Positions 1 to 14,104 of a stretch of 64,000 nucleotides of DNA are shown piece after piece. Under the pieces are notes generated by a model, which ran no database searches, had not been told where the DNA came from, and worked only from the letters and a program-made list of their open reading frames with translations. The stretch lies in the NCBI RefSeq assembly GCF_004010195.1, contig NC_057716.1, positions 26,997,157-27,061,156 of the forward strand. Direction: 5' to 3'. The position numbers and the translations under genes were made by a program. This DNA comes from Chiloscyllium plagiosum. Its lineage: Eukaryota. The stretch's first letter is position 1. Each line of letters starts with the position of its first letter.

Positions 1-2605
1 ATAACAAATCAATCACAATTATTACATCGCACATATAAAATGGGAACGACAAACAGACAGACAGTCATTAAATAATAGACATGGAAGGATCAAACAATAT
101 TGGCTGGCAATCTCATATAGTGTCTGGAAGACACAATATCTAACTAAATATGCTACAACTGCATGCAATTCCTGTCTGCAACGCTTGAGTTTCCCATTTC
201 ATACATTGTCTGCCGATACAAGACTTTGAAAAGTCTAAGAACAGTGCCTCCAGTGAGGAATAAAAATTGTTATTATTTGTTCTGTAAGCATGTTATGCTG
301 TAATAAGAGTTGACAGGAAATCATGCAAATATAAGGCTTTTAATAAATATGGATATATCTAACCTCGGAGGCATTATGATATGCAAACATGTGGCTTAAG
401 AAGTAAAGTGATTGAATATAAACTTTATAACTTAAATTATCTGAAGCACTCATTTGAAATTCATTTTACCTTAAAGGATGCCACACAGGACTTCTGCTGG
501 ATTTGTCATCAAAAGAACTAATTTTAATATTCTTAAAATTAATCTCATTGAACCTTCAATAAAAATAGGCTTTAACAAACAATTCAATGAGGAACAATTT
601 TACTCATAAAAGAATCAAAAAATGAGAGGGAACAGATGAAATAATTTTCAAAAGAAACTAATGTGATGCAAGAAAAAATATTTTCACACCGAGTTAGGGC
701 TTGGAAGCAATGCCTCAATGTATGGTGGATGCAGGTTCACCTGAAATATTCGAAATGTTTCTATTCACAAAATCATATACCAATGTGCAGGATTACAGAA
801 AAAAGACAGGAGGATGGCACTAATTCAACATGCTCAGTTGGAGAGCAAGTGCAAATATGATGGGCTGAATGCCCTCTTTCTGCATTGTAATCATTCTGTG
901 ATTTTGTGAACTCTCCAGTAATTCTTTGGCCTATGCCTTTGTCTTGTCATTCTCTGTTAGTTTCATTATAAAAACAACATTTGTCTGTGATATTCTTCCA
1001 AAGACTGTACAATTTCACTCAGTATAATTCCTTGACTTTCTCTTTTTCCTCTTACTCAAGTGCTTCAGCACTTCTCTCCAAACACTCCATACCCTTCCAA
1101 TGCAGCCTCAGGCAATTCTTACAGTTGCTGTTTGGAGAACTCTGGCAGCAAGTTAGTAGCCGAGAATTCTCCTTTAGGCTAGAGAGAATGCAAGTGTCCA
1201 TCTGTTTGGGTGAACTAATGGAGCAGTTCAAGCAGTGCATTCACCAGGCAGGCATCTCAGATCTAACAGTATTCCTGCACTCTAAGGCACCATACATAAG
1301 CAACATTCTGGGAATGCCTTGTAAAGAGATAAAGTCTCACAACTTGTAATAAAGGACAGCAAACACAAGAGCAGGAGTCAAATATTGAGCCCCTCAAGCC
1401 AATTCTACCATCGACTTAATTAATAAAAGATTTGTACTCGAAATCTACAAACACACATCTTGTTTCTATTATCCCTACTCAACAAAAAATGACCTATTGT
1501 CAATTTCAAACATTCAAATGCCACAAAGCTGCTAGAACTTCTGTGGAGGGAGCGTTCCAAAATCCCACTACTTTGCATGAAGTACGTCTATTTATCATCC
1601 CTGAATGACCCAGCTCTAATGTTACAGCTGTGCGCCAAGTCCTTCTGGATGTTTCCATCAGAAGAAATATATTCTAACATCTCAAACTCTTTAATCAGCT
1701 GCAATTGTCCATAAGATCAGTCCCTTTCTCTTCTCTTGCCATGGGAATGCAATGCATCATAATTTGATACGCTTTAGAAACTGGTGGAATTTATTTAATT
1801 CAGAAGGATACCTGACGACATATTGAAATAACAGAAGATTTAACATTATTGCCACAAAATAGGGTAAGCTTAGCACAAACATTAAATGGAACTTCAAAGT
1901 ATTCTGCCCTTAGTGTATTTTGTTTATTTTCTGGCCTTAAATTGTATTCTCAACACTCTCACAAAAAGCAAACAGCTGGTGTGAACAGTTAACTTTAACT
2001 CGCCAGCAAATTTATTCATAAGGCAGCAGGCAATTCCTTGGTTAGTAGCCATCAGCTTTGTGGAAGGGACATAAGTTTCATACCTGCCTCTATCAGATCT
2101 TCAGTCCTGAACACTATATTGCAGCTCATGTTGAAATAAGCACCTTAGGAACCCACAATCAAAACTTCAATTGTAAGCTGCAAAATGGAGATTATCTGCG
2201 ATTTGATATTATTGGCTTAAAGGTACTCCAATTTTTTTTATTTAGGAGGTACAATATACAAGAACTTTTGTATCAATTTTATGTACCCATTCCACTTTTA
2301 CTTTTAATAAATCTGATTTTATTTATAGCACAAGGCTCACTGTCCACAGGGTTTGTTCAAAATAGCATGGAAACAGGAGGGTTTAGCAGTGAACAGCTTA
2401 TAGTAAAACAACTTTGGTCTGATACCTAGACAGTACTGCATTGCCAGATATAATACAGTTCCAAGGAGAATGAACGTCATCTATAGGCATGGAACACAAG
2501 TAAAATTGATGGAAGCCACCAGAATTATAACACCTTTACCCTATTACATCTTCACTCATGGAAGCAAGGACTTTTTACATTCATTATTATCATTAGCAGT
2601 GATAC

Positions 2606-2687
2606 CTGGAGATCACATTCCCCTCCTTGATCACAGATGGGACAATCCAATGGGTGATTAGCCAGCAGAAACTCCATCACACCTTCC
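2606..2687 (-). CDS. NDUFS1: NADH:ubiquinone oxidoreductase 75 kDa subunit, exon 6 (gene continues beyond left edge)
   Basis: 82-nt AG/GT-bounded exon encoding (R)[27 protein letters not shown], the HxxxCxxCxxxxxC Fe-S motif of NDUFS1/NuoG; phase matches exon 5. Confidence 0.97.
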
Positions 2688-3551
2688 CTATTATGGCAAA
2701 ACAAAAATGAAGCACAATGACTAGATTCAATAATACACAAGGTAATGAAGCTCAAATCTTTTGTTGCACAATGAACATTGAATGTTCCACTAAGACACAA
2801 ACCATCAGTGAAACCTGTTCGGTCTCCGGAGTACACGGTATCTATCTTACCAATACTGTTCAACCCAAACCAAAACCTTATGTTTTGTCTTCTGGAAAGC
2901 ATTCGCATTGTCTTTCTCCTTCCTGCAAGTTACTTTCACCCCCCCCACCCCAAGAACCTCAAGTTTTCACAAAACTTGGCAATTAACATCCAAAATCAGT
3001 TTGACAATTTATTTCATTAATAACTGGTACCGATTGCAATTGAGCAGTACAAAAAAATGGTTCTTTCAGTTTATTTTAAACAAAGCAATTTCGGTTTTAC
3101 ATAAAGCAATCTACAAAAGGCTTCCATACATAGGAATGGGAGTAGGCTATTCAGACTGCCTTAATACCACTTTTTCACACTGTCACCACATGCTTCGATG
3201 AGTCTTCAGTGATCTATTGCTTTATGTCTTGAATATGCTGGTTGATATGAGCTTCAGCAGCCCTTTGGGCTAGAAGGATCCACAGATTCACAAGTTTCCA
3301 AGTGAAGAAACTCCTCCGCATCTCTTTAACCCTTATTCTGAAATTATGTGCCCCAAGTTTGTGAACTCAACAGACGGGAGAAATATCCCATCCACACTCA
3401 CATCACCACATACTGCAAGAACTTTCTCCGTTTTGCATCCTTAATCCTATCCTTTTTCTAATCGTAACTACCCACCTCTAATTCTAAACCCTAACCCATG
3501 TATACAACCACAACCACTAAGCTGAAATCCTACTCTTAACCATATCTCCTA

Positions 3552-3730
3552 GTTAAAAATCACACCACCAGGATATAGTCCAGCAGGTTTATTTGGAAGC
3601 ACTAGCTTTCAGAGCCCTGCTCCTTCATCAGGTGGTTATGCACAACCACCTGATGAAGGAGCAGCACTCCAAAAGCTAGTTGTGTGATTTTTAACTTTTG
3701 TCCACCCCAGTCCAACACCTACTCCTCCAC
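3552..3730. mobile_element. Palindromic Penelope pLTR-derived mini-element with two head-to-head minimal hammerhead cores (family A)
   Basis: Inverted arms centred ~3640; 13-bp direct repeat accatatctccta at 3539-3551 and 3731-3743; sequence matches the ends of the Penelope element at 14521-16443. Confidence 0.8.
3600..3634 (-). ncRNA. Minimal type I hammerhead ribozyme core
   Basis: Minus strand: cac CUGAUGA a ggagc agg gcucu GAAA GCUA gug; stem I cac/gug, stem II, palindromic AGCU stem III. Confidence 0.7.
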
Positions 3731-4430
3731 ACCATATCTCCTAACCCACTAAACATAGTAATCTCTAAACCTAACATCTGAACCTCACCACTAAGTGTTA
3801 AATAATGACTCCTGCCCCTTATCCACATCCAGCTACCAGTCACTGAGATGGACAGGAGTTGAGAAAATTGTGGTGGGGAGTATAGGGTGTATGCTACTGG
3901 GGGTGAGGGTACACAAACAGAAAGTGGGGAAAATTCCACCTCATTTCTATCATTAAGCAGAGACCTTTTGTTTTTAAATTGTGCTTCTGATTTCTAGATT
4001 CCTCTGCAAAAGGAAAGATCCTATCAGCATCTATCCTGTCAAACTTCTAAATACGAATCCAAACTGCTACAAACCACAAACCTAATTAATATCACCAATC
4101 ACTGATCATAATACTAACAAAGGAAATAGGAGCAGAAGTTGATCATTCAGCTCCCCCCTCCCAGGCCTGCTCTGCTGTTCAGTAAGATCACCATTGAGCT
4201 GTCTGTGTTTCAAATTCCATCCTTCCATCTGTCCCCAGCATTTGATTCCCCTGACAATAAGAATCAATCTGCCACTGCTTTAAAACATTTAAAGACCCTG
4301 CCTCTACCATCTTCTGAGGCAGAGTGTCCCAATAACCCACTGAAAAAATTTACCCTTTTTTAAAAATTGTGCCCCCTAATTCTGGACTGACCCCACAAGT
4401 GAAGACATCCTTTCCCCATCCACCAAGTCA

Positions 4431-4640
4431 AAAACAAAAGCAGAAATTGCTGGAAAAGCTCAGCAAGTCTGGCAGCATCTGTGGAGAGAATGCAGAGTTA
4501 ATGTTTCAAGTATAGTGAGCCTGAACTCAAAATATTAACTTTGTTTTCTCTCCACAGATGCTGCCAGACTTCTTAAGTTTCTCCAGCAATTTCAGTTTTT
4601 GTTTGTTTCAGATCCCCAGCATTAGTTCTTTGTTTTATTT
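4431..4640. mobile_element. Palindromic Penelope pLTR-like element (family C), degenerate
   Basis: Arms ~4431-4510 and ~4525-4604 are reverse complements (gcagcatctgtggagagaa / ttctctccacagatgctgc); related to the copy at 50611-50743. Confidence 0.65.
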
Positions 4641-4796
4641 CATTCCACAATGTTAAGACATTCATGAACTTATACATTCCAATCAAGTCAGCCTCTCACT
4701 CTGAACCAATGCAGAAAAAAGTGTAATTTGTCTAATGTGGGGGGTCAGTTAACTCAGTTGGTTAGTTTTTAAATGCAGAGTGACACTAATATAGGA

Positions 4797-6400
4797 TCAT
4801 AGAATTTTACAGTACAGAATTCAGCCATTCGACCCATCATATCTGTACCAACTCCCTAAAGAGCTACCCAGCAAGTCCCACTCTCCAGCCTTTTCTTTGC
4901 AGCCCTTTAGCTTCATCACTCTGAAGGATATATCAAGCTCTCTTTTGAATTCTCCTATGGAATCCACCACCACCACCCTCCCAGGCAGCACACTGCAAAT
5001 CCTAACAACTCTAAGTGAAGAAGTTTCTCCTCATTTCACTCCTAGCGCTCTTGCTGACAATTTTGTGAACCCCAGTTACTGACATATCAAATAGTGGAAA
5101 CAGAATATCATTCTTTACCCTTTCAAAGTGTTCCTAATTTTGAACCTCAAGGTGGTCACCACTTAAACTTCTCTGCTCAAAAGAGAATAAGCCCAATCTC
5201 TCTAACCTGTCCTTGTATTGAAAATTCTTCATTCCTGATATAATTCTCATAAATCTTCTTTGAACTTCCTCCAGTGCTTTAACATCCTTCTTAAATAAGT
5301 TGTCCAGACCTGAACACAGTACTCAAATATGGTCTGACCAATGATTTATACATGTGTAGTATCACTTCCTTGTTATTGTACTCTACCTCCATTTAAAATG
5401 CAAAGATTCTAAAGGCCTTCTGAACCACAGTTTTCACTTGTCTGGCTACCTTTACAGAATTGTGTAAGTAAACTATGAGGTCCCTCTGCTCCTGTACTCC
5501 ACTCAAAGTTGTACCATTGAGCAAGTATTGTCTCTCTCTGTTTCTTCTACTAAAATGCATTACCTCACATTTTTCTACATTGAAATTCATTTACCAGGTG
5601 TCTAACATTTGGCAAACGTATCATGTCCCTCTAAAGGTGCTCAGCATCATCCTCACAATTCACTATACTCCTGGGCTTAAATACATCTGCAAATTTAGGG
5701 ATTGTTCCCTCAACATCCAAACGGTTTACATAAATCAGAAAAAGCAAGGGTCCCAACACTGAACCCTGAAGTACACCATTTCAACTCCTCTCCAATTTGA
5801 GAAATGCCCATCAATACCTATCCCCGTTTCCTATCTTTTAGCCAATTTCTAATCCATGTTGCCAAGGACCCATCAATCCTAAACATTTCTAATATGCCAT
5901 GTGGCACTTTATCAAATGCTTTCTGAACGTCCAAATATATAACATCCACAGCACTGATAGAACATCTTCCACTGCCTGTATCAATTTGTCAAAGAATTCA
6001 ATTAAAATGTGTCAGACATGACCTGTGGTGGATAATACCAAGTTTACTGCCTAGTATTAACTTTTCCTTTTAAGTATATATTTACCTTATCCCATTTTAC
6101 AGTTTCCATCAGTTTTCCCACTACTGATACCAAGCTGATAGGCCCGTAGTCTCCTGTGGTATCCTTTGTCCATTTCTTAAATAATGGTGTCATATTTTCA
6201 AATCCTCCAACCTCTAGGACTAATCCTGTGTTCCAGGGAGGCCTGGAAACGTTCTGTCAATGGCTCCACAATTTCTTCCTTTAACTCTCTCAGCAATCAA
6301 GGATGCATCTTATCTCAGCCTGGCGACTTCTCTAACACGAGTGCTGCCAGCCTTTTCAGCACGTCGTCTTTATCACTATACTGTTCAGTTGCTGAACACA
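4797..6400 (-). mobile_element. CR1-type LINE fragment
   Basis: RT C-terminal remnants (MNFNVEKCEVMHF...QRDL in ORF 5393-5590) and CR1-like 3' end near 4800. Confidence 0.8.
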
Positions 6401-7132
6401 CATTTTTGACTAGGCCATTGTCACCTTTTTCTAGAAGCAAAATATTCATTTAGGACCACGATCATATCCTATGTTTCAGTAAGCAGCTTGTTCCTTGTAG
6501 CCCCTACTCTATCCTTCACTAATCTTTTACTATTAATATGCTTAAAGAACACCATGTGTTCAATTCCAATACCAGCTGAGGTTACCATGAAGGATTCTCC
6601 TTCTCAGCTTCTGTCCTCACCGGAGGTGTGATCACTCTCAGACTAAAATACCATCAGTTGTCTCTCTAATGAACAGCTCCGTAGTGTAGTAAGAATATGG
6701 CAACTTTACCTTTACTGAGAATATCTAAACTTTTCTGCACCTTAGAATTCCAGTTAGTTAGTCAGTCAATCTCCTTTTAAGTAATACTTTCCTTTTCATT
6801 TTCCTGCCAAAATGACCAACTTCCCATATTTCTTCATTTGCCAGACGTTTTCCCACACAAACCACCCTATCTATATGCATCTACAACCCATTTGTCTTTT
6901 TCACAACACGCTTTCTAACTAATCTTGGTATCAGTACAAATTTAATCACCATATCTTTGCTCCTCTTATTAAACACTAACCCCAAAACGATAATCCTAAA
7001 CTGTCTGCTGCCTGGAGATATTCTTGCACAAAGGAAGTTGAAGACTGGACTTGACACTTGAAATCAGTTTCCTCTTTACAGATGCTGCCAAACCTGTTGA
7101 GTTCCTCCAGCAATTTCTGTTTTGACTGGTTA

Positions 7133-7282
<150 letters not shown>

Positions 7283-7304
7283 TTAATCAGAAAGTAAATC
7301 ACAT

Positions 7305-7920
7305 TTGATATGCTTTCCTTTATTGGTCAGAGTATTGAGTACAGGAGTTAGGAGGTCATGTTACGACTGTACAGGACATTGGTTAGGCCACTTTGGAATA
7401 CTGCATGCAATTCTGGTCTCCTTTCTATTGGAAGGATGTTGTGAAACTTGTAAATACTTTCTGAACCCTTTCAAAGATGTTGGAGGATTTGAGCGAAAGG
7501 GAGAGGCTGTTTTCCCTGAAGTGTCGGAGGCTGAGGGGTGACCTTATAGGAGGTTTATAAAATCATGAGGGGCATGGATAGGGTAAATAGACAAGGTCTT
7601 TTCCCTGGGGTGGAGGAGTCCAGAACTAGAGGGCATAGGTTCAGGGTGAGAAGGGAAAGATATAGCAGAGACCGAACAGACAACTTTTTCACGCAGAATG
7701 TGGTATGTGTGTGGAATGGGCTGCCAGGTGGTGGTGGTGGTGGAGACTAGTACAATTGCAACATTTAAAAGACATTTGGATGGGTATATGAATAGAAAGG
7801 GTTTGGGGGAATATGGGCCGGGTGCTCGCAGGCAGGGCCGGATTGAGTTGGGATATCTGGTCGGCATGGACGAGTTGAACCAAAGGGTCTGTTTCCATGC
7901 TGTACATCTCTATGACTCTA
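7305..7920 (+). mobile_element. CR1-type LINE 3' fragment
   Basis: RGMDRVNRQGLFPGVEESRTRGH...FFTQ motif and CR1 3' tail. Confidence 0.85.
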
Positions 7921-8408
7921 TTGGCAATTTGATATAAGTATATATAGTTTCAGAAATTACAATTAACTTCAACTTTTCAGGAATATGAAAAGGTTTTAAA
8001 TGGATACTTTTTCTTTGGTCAAAAGTGTGCAGTGCCTCACCTCCAACAGCACTGTATTGATAAAGGTGACAATTCTGCACGTTTACATGTTAAAAGGTAA
8101 AGAAAATGTTCAGGCATGAGAGATAGAGAGAAATAAAAAGACAAATGCTATCACTTCAGATGCAGCACTGGAACGACACATTGAATGACTTTCTACAACA
8201 CTGAATGTGCTGTATTTCTTAGTTGCCTCACTACCACTCTTTCACATATCCCAATAATAAAAGAAATCCTTCCACACAGCTCATTGAATGTGGGAAAGTC
8301 ATTATTCCTGGGACAAAAACCGTTTTACTCAAGTACGCAATATCATGACAATAAAATTTACTTCACAATACCATCACTTTTCATTGCCCATCTTTTCCAG
8401 CTTGTTTA

Positions 8409-8564
<156 letters not shown>

Positions 8565-8709
8565 TCAGAAGAGACAATGGGTTGGTCACATAAAATGGAA
8601 AATAACTCAAGAATTTATCTTTCACTGGCAAGCATTCTTGTAGCATGGGGAGAACTGCTTACCTAACGAGTTGATGGATACCTGGAGAGGAGATGGCACG
8701 GAGATAAAG

Positions 8710-8920
8710 GAAAAGTTGCCATCGTTCTACCAGACCAAAGGCCGCACTCTCATTACACAGAAACCACAGGTGTGGTTTAACCCAAGGGTGACCGCGCTCC
8801 AGGTGAGGAGAGAGGTCGAGAAGGAGGGTCCTTCAGAGGAACCTCAACCAGTGTAGGAATTGAACCCATGCTGTTGATGTCACCCTGCATTGCAAACCAG
8901 CCATCCAGTCACGTGAGCTA
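8710..8920 (-). mobile_element. tRNA-derived SINE-like repeat (related pieces at ~6555-6715, ~28820-28910, ~36640-36790)
   Basis: B-box-like gggttcaattcc on the minus strand; body similar to the other copies. Confidence 0.5.
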
Positions 8921-9762
8921 AGAAACTCTTGTACTGCCAGTTGATCTCAGAAGAGGTACCACAATTGGCTGAGCAATCTTTTAGTCTCTGCTCCTTATAT
9001 TGAAAGCTCATAAACCGGCGAAACTAAGGTAAATATAGAGAAATGCTGTTTCCCTTAGCATCTTGAAAATTTCAATCACATCTCTCTACAACCTTTCAAA
9101 CACAAGACAATACCATCTGGTTTATGCAACCTGTCCTCAAAATTTAACCAATGGGAATCCAGCAACATTCTGGCAAGTCGAAACGATAACCCATCCAAGA
9201 TCAAGAATATCAATGTTGGCTCTGACATCTAATACTGTAGGTAAACCTCTCAATGATGATGCCCCATTAATATGAAGACTTGTAGAACATGAAACAATTA
9301 TTTCAATTGAAATCAGCACAAACTCAACAAGGATAACATTAATAGTTTCCTCAAGATGAGAAATGTCACAACTAAAAAAACAAAAAAGTGTTCAAGCTGA
9401 ATTGTGTACATATATTTGCCATTAATAATTAAATTTACTTCAATTGTGCTTGTGTCCAATTTATTCATGATCAATGTGGTGGACTCTTAACTGCCCTCTG
9501 GGCAATTAGGGATGGGCAATAAATGCTGACCCAGGCAGAGATGCCCTTAACCTGTGAATGAATAAAAAAATCATTCTGCGCTATAAGCAACATCAATTAG
9601 ATTTCTTGGCATAAGAATTTAAGAAGTATAAATGGCACTCCAGGACTATTGGCTACAGCAGCAAGAGTATGCTAATTCTTGATGTAATAGCCAATAACAG
9701 AGAAAGCAGCAATTCCAACTGCAAACACTGAATTGGTGAGCGACCCTGTCAAAGCCCAACAG

Positions 9763-10092
9763 GGGGTGGCATGGTGGCTCAGTGGTTAGCACTGCTGCCT
9801 CACAGCACCAGGGACCCAGGTTTGATTGCTGCTTCAGGTGACTGTCCGCGTGGAGTTTGCACATTCTCCCTGTGTCTGCGTGGGTTTCTTCCAGGTGCTC
9901 CTGTTTCCTCCCACAATCCAAAAAGATGTGCTGGTGAACTAGCTATGCTAAATTTACCATAGTGTTAGGTGCATTAGTCAGGGGTAAATATAGGGTACGA
10001 GAATGGATCTGAGTGGGTTACTCTTCGGAGGGTCAGTGTGGACTTGTTGGGCCGAAGGGCCTGTTCCATCCTTAGGGAATCGAATCTCATCT
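9763..10092 (+). mobile_element. HE1-type shark SINE
   Basis: tRNA-like head ggtggctcagtggttagcactgctgcctcacagc, conserved body gagtttgcacattctccc, CR1-like tail. Confidence 0.85.
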
Positions 10093-10846
10093 AAACTTAT
10101 CAATATCGCCTTCCAAAAGTGGTGTCCAGAAATGAACTCAGTACTCCAGATGTTAACCACAACAAAGTACTCCAGAAACACAAATTTTCCTCTTTTATGT
10201 CACCATCTCAGTTTAAAGCTGATAAGTCTATTGGCCTTCTTGACTACTTGCTGTACATCTCCATGACATTCTAATAATCCGGGTTTACGGAACTCTACTG
10301 GTTCTAACGTTTCACCAATTAAAGGAGTACTGTGATCTATCCTTTGTAATTCCATATTGAACTTCCTCACACTATTCCATATCAAAACCCATTTAATACA
10401 TTTTTGCTCATATATTTAGATCATCAATATCTCTAATTGTACACTTCCATTTACACTGTTTACAAAGATACCAAACATTGTGCCACAAGCACAGCTTGAT
10501 ATGTGGCTCTCTCCCACTTAATGCACTGATACCTAACAGAGCAACAAGAGCAGCCATCTTTCAGTCCATAGGTCACAGACAATACTTTTGCCCCATTATT
10601 CTGGTTAAAGCTCAGCAAATCGGGTCCTATTTGTGTCTTGCAAGATTTGGACACTCTAGGAACACAGGATTTAAACAAGGATAAATATTGGCATTATGCT
10701 TAATTCCCAAAGGCTCATCCACTTGAGTAATTTTATTTGAAACTCAGCTTCCTCTTCTGCTCAAAGATATCATCATAGAATCCCTACAGGGATCACTGCA
10801 GCAATGTCCTCTTAACCCTTTCCAGCCCGGCCCAGGTCTAAATTCA

Positions 10847-10996
<150 letters not shown>

Positions 10997-11901
10997 CTAC
11001 ATGCAAGAAAATATTATAAAGACATGAATAAATAAAGTAACTTGGTAAAGTGCCATTTTAGGATTACAGTGCACAAGTGAATGATACATTTCCTTTCTGT
11101 TATTTGAGCAGTGTTTTCCAAACAACGGCACTGCTAGCAGGTGACTGAACTTGGGTCAGGGTGGGCAGGGCTGTGGTGTGGCGTGGCAAATTGACAAAAT
11201 GTATAGAAATACACAGTTTGAGTATCTGAAATCTGAATATCCAAATCCTCGAGATGCTCATTGGAGATAATCTCCTTTGACTCTCACTTCAATGAGAAGC
11301 TCACGATGGAAAAACTGATTTTAAACATGTGCCATAACTCTTGAGAACCAGTAATATTATAATTCAAGAATTTGTTGTGAAAGTTGAGTGCAGAAAACAG
11401 ACACTGCTAGCAACAAGATGTGTAACAAAGTAAGAAAAGAGCATTCCCAGAGTTCAGAAATATTCAACCCTATGGGGGGGATTCAGTATTATTAAACTTA
11501 AACTGCAACAGAACGGAGACAGAAAGAAGAAAAGTAAGGAGTCAAAAATCTCCATACATCTTTGTGCAATTAAGACAAAACCAAAAAGATTTCATTGATG
11601 CAATTCAGACCTTGCCAGCTAGTCTGGTTGGTACATGATGCAGACCCATACAATGTGGTGACACTCAAAGATCACGGATGGTGCTAGCAAACCATTAGTT
11701 ATAACTGCTGATCGCTATCTTCACAGGAAATGAGGGTGAGTCATTAAAATTATTCAGGCCAGCAAAGCCAAAATCCAGAGGACAAAACAATGAGAAATTA
11801 GTTTTACTTATTTTAGCTCAAGCAACACAAAAACGATCTTGTAAAGGTCCACATGAAATCCTCGTAAGGTCAAACATTGTTGATCACAGCACTTTCCGTA
11901 C

Positions 11902-11983
11902 CATTGTTTTTTGCTCCCAGGATATCTTTGGCAGACTGGGAAGCGCCTGTTAATGCCTTGCGAAGCACAGGTAATCGCAGCAT
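11902..11983 (-). CDS. NDUFS1: NDUFS1 exon 2 coding part (start codon, mitochondrial presequence); exon begins at 11992
   Basis: ATG at 11983 encodes MLRLPVLRKALTGASQSAKDILGAKNN, phase 1 into exon 3; acceptor ttatgcag upstream and donor gtacgg. Confidence 0.93.
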
Positions 11984-12603
11984 GATTGTGTCCTGCATAA
12001 ACAGAGAGAGTATTCAGTTAATGGTTACAGGTGTTGTCAAGACTGTACTATACTCATATGGAAAAATAAATGTAAAGCCCATACAGGAACTCTTTATCCA
12101 AAGCATATTGTTTCAGATAAGTGCCATGAGCGGAATTATGTTTCCTTTGTCACTCCAAGCTGCTAGGACCTCTGCGCTTTTAAAAAAAATTCACTTGTGG
12201 ATGTGGAGGTCACTGGTTGGATCATCATTTACCTTTGTATATAAAATCGTCCTTGAAAAAGTGGTGGAGGGCTGCCTTCTTGAACCGCTATAGTCCATTT
12301 GGTGTAGATGGACCCATAGCACTATTTGGGAGAAAACTGCAGGATTTTGACCCAGTGACTCTGAAGGAACAGCAATAATTGAAGACTCCCACTCTCATCA
12401 TAGCTGACAGCAACAAAAATCTTGAAGAATCAAAAGTTGAAAGATTCTAAGATTCAATACATCACTGAAAGGTAGCAAATCTGATTGTGTTATTCAACAG
12501 AAGCTGGTTATTGAGAAAAACTGGATGAGCGACTGAAACAATTCAAACATTATGATGTAGGAGAAAGTGAGTACTGCAGATGCTGGTGATCAGAGCTTAA
12601 AAA

Positions 12604-14035
12604 TAAGCCCATAAGACATAGGAGTGGAAGTAAGGCAATTCGGCCCATCGAGTCCACTCCGCCATTCAATTATGGGCATTTCAACTCCACTTACCCGCAT
12701 TCTCCCCGTAGCCCTTAATTCCTTGTGACATCAATAATTTATTAATCTCTGCCTTGAAGGCATTTAGCGTCCCGGCCTCCACTGCACTCCGCGGCAATGA
12801 ACTCCACAGGCCCTCCACTCTCTGACTGAAGAAATGTCTCCGCATTTCTGTTCTGAATTTACCCCCTCTAATTCTAAGGCTGTGTCCCCGGGTCCTAGTC
12901 TCCTCGCCTAACGGAAACAATTTCCTAGCATCCACCCTTTCCAAGCCATGTATTATCTTGTAAGTTTCTATTAGATCTCCCCTTAATCTTCTAACCTCCA
13001 ATGAATACAATCCCAGGATCCTCAGCCGTCCCTCTTATGTTAGACCTACTATTCCAGGGATCATCCGTGTGAGTCTCCTCTGGACACGTTCCAGTGCCAG
13101 TATGTCCTTCCTGAGGTGTGGGGACCAAAACTGGACACAGTACTCCAAATGGGGCCTAACCAGAGCTTTATAAAGTCTCAGTAGCACATCGGTGCTTTTA
13201 TATTCCAACCCCCTTGAGATAATTGACAACATTGCATTAGCTTTCTTAATCACGGACTCAACCTACTCAGCCCCCTGACTCCCTTTAATTGTTGGGATAT
13301 TACTCATGTCTTCCACTGTGAAGACTGACGCAAAGTACTTATTAAGTTCTCCAGCTATTTCCTTATCTCCCACCACTAGGCTTCCAGCATCAGTTTGAAG
13401 TGGCCCAATGTCTACTTTTGCCTGTTGTTTGCTTATGTATTGAAAGAAACTTTTACTATCATTTCTAATATTACTGGATAGCCTATCTTCATACTTGATT
13501 CTCTCCTTCCTTTTTCTCTCTTTGTTATCCTCTGTTTGTTTTTGTAGCCTTCCCAATCTTCTGATTTCCCAGTGCTCTTGGCCACTTTATAGGATCTCTC
13601 TTTTTCTTTGATACATTTCCTGACTTCCTTTGTCAGCCATGATTTGGAGATGCCGGTGTTAGACTGGGGTGTACAAAGTTAAAAATCACAATAGTGGAGG
13701 AAACTCTGTGTTACGATCGTGCCCTTCACTATCACCTAATGAAGGAGCGTCGCTCCGAAAGCTAGTGTGCTTCCAGTTAAACCTGTTGGACTATAACCTG
13801 GTGTTGTGTGATTTTTAACTTTGTCAGCCATGGCTGTCTAATCCCTCCCTGGATAATCTTTCTTTTCTTGAGGATGAACCTCTGTGCAGTGTCCTCAATT
13901 ATACCCACAAACCCATGCCATTTTTGCTCTACTGTCTTCCCCGCTAGGTTCTGCTTCCAGTCTATTTTCATGAGTTCCTCTCTCATGCCCTCATAATTAC
14001 CTTTATTTAATTGTAACACCATTACATCCGATTTT
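12604..14035 (-). mobile_element. CR1-type LINE, internally deleted, inserted within a Penelope pLTR fragment
   Basis: ORF pieces 12681-13010, 13035-13253, 13263-13556, 13777-14058 (LYKALVRPHLEYCVQFWSP; RLRGDLIETYKI). Confidence 0.9.
13641..13818. mobile_element. Penelope pLTR mini-element (family A) inserted into the CR1
   Basis: TSD ctttgtcagccat at 13628-13640 and 13819-13831; starts gatttggagatgccgg like 14521; hammerhead-like core 13733-13767 with CTAATGA. Confidence 0.85.
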
Positions 14036-14068
14036 GCTGGAAAAATGCAGCAGGTCAAGGAGCAGGAG

Positions 14069-14104
14069 AATCGACGTTTCGGGCATAAGCCCTTCTTCAG
14101 GAAT
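14069..14104 (-). ncRNA. Minimal hammerhead ribozyme core (family B, ACGU type)
   Basis: Minus strand: auuc CUGAAGA a gggc uuau gccc GAAA CGUC gauu; all core residues present, GUC cleavage triplet. Confidence 0.7.

Noticed and set aside
1-2600. NDUFS1 exon 7 (DQSMMFG...)
   Set aside because: No matching minus-strand coding sequence was found; presumed to lie outside the window.
3440-3800. ctaaaccctaacc-like telomeric repeats
   Set aside because: Too degenerate and sparse to call an interstitial (TTAGGG)n array.
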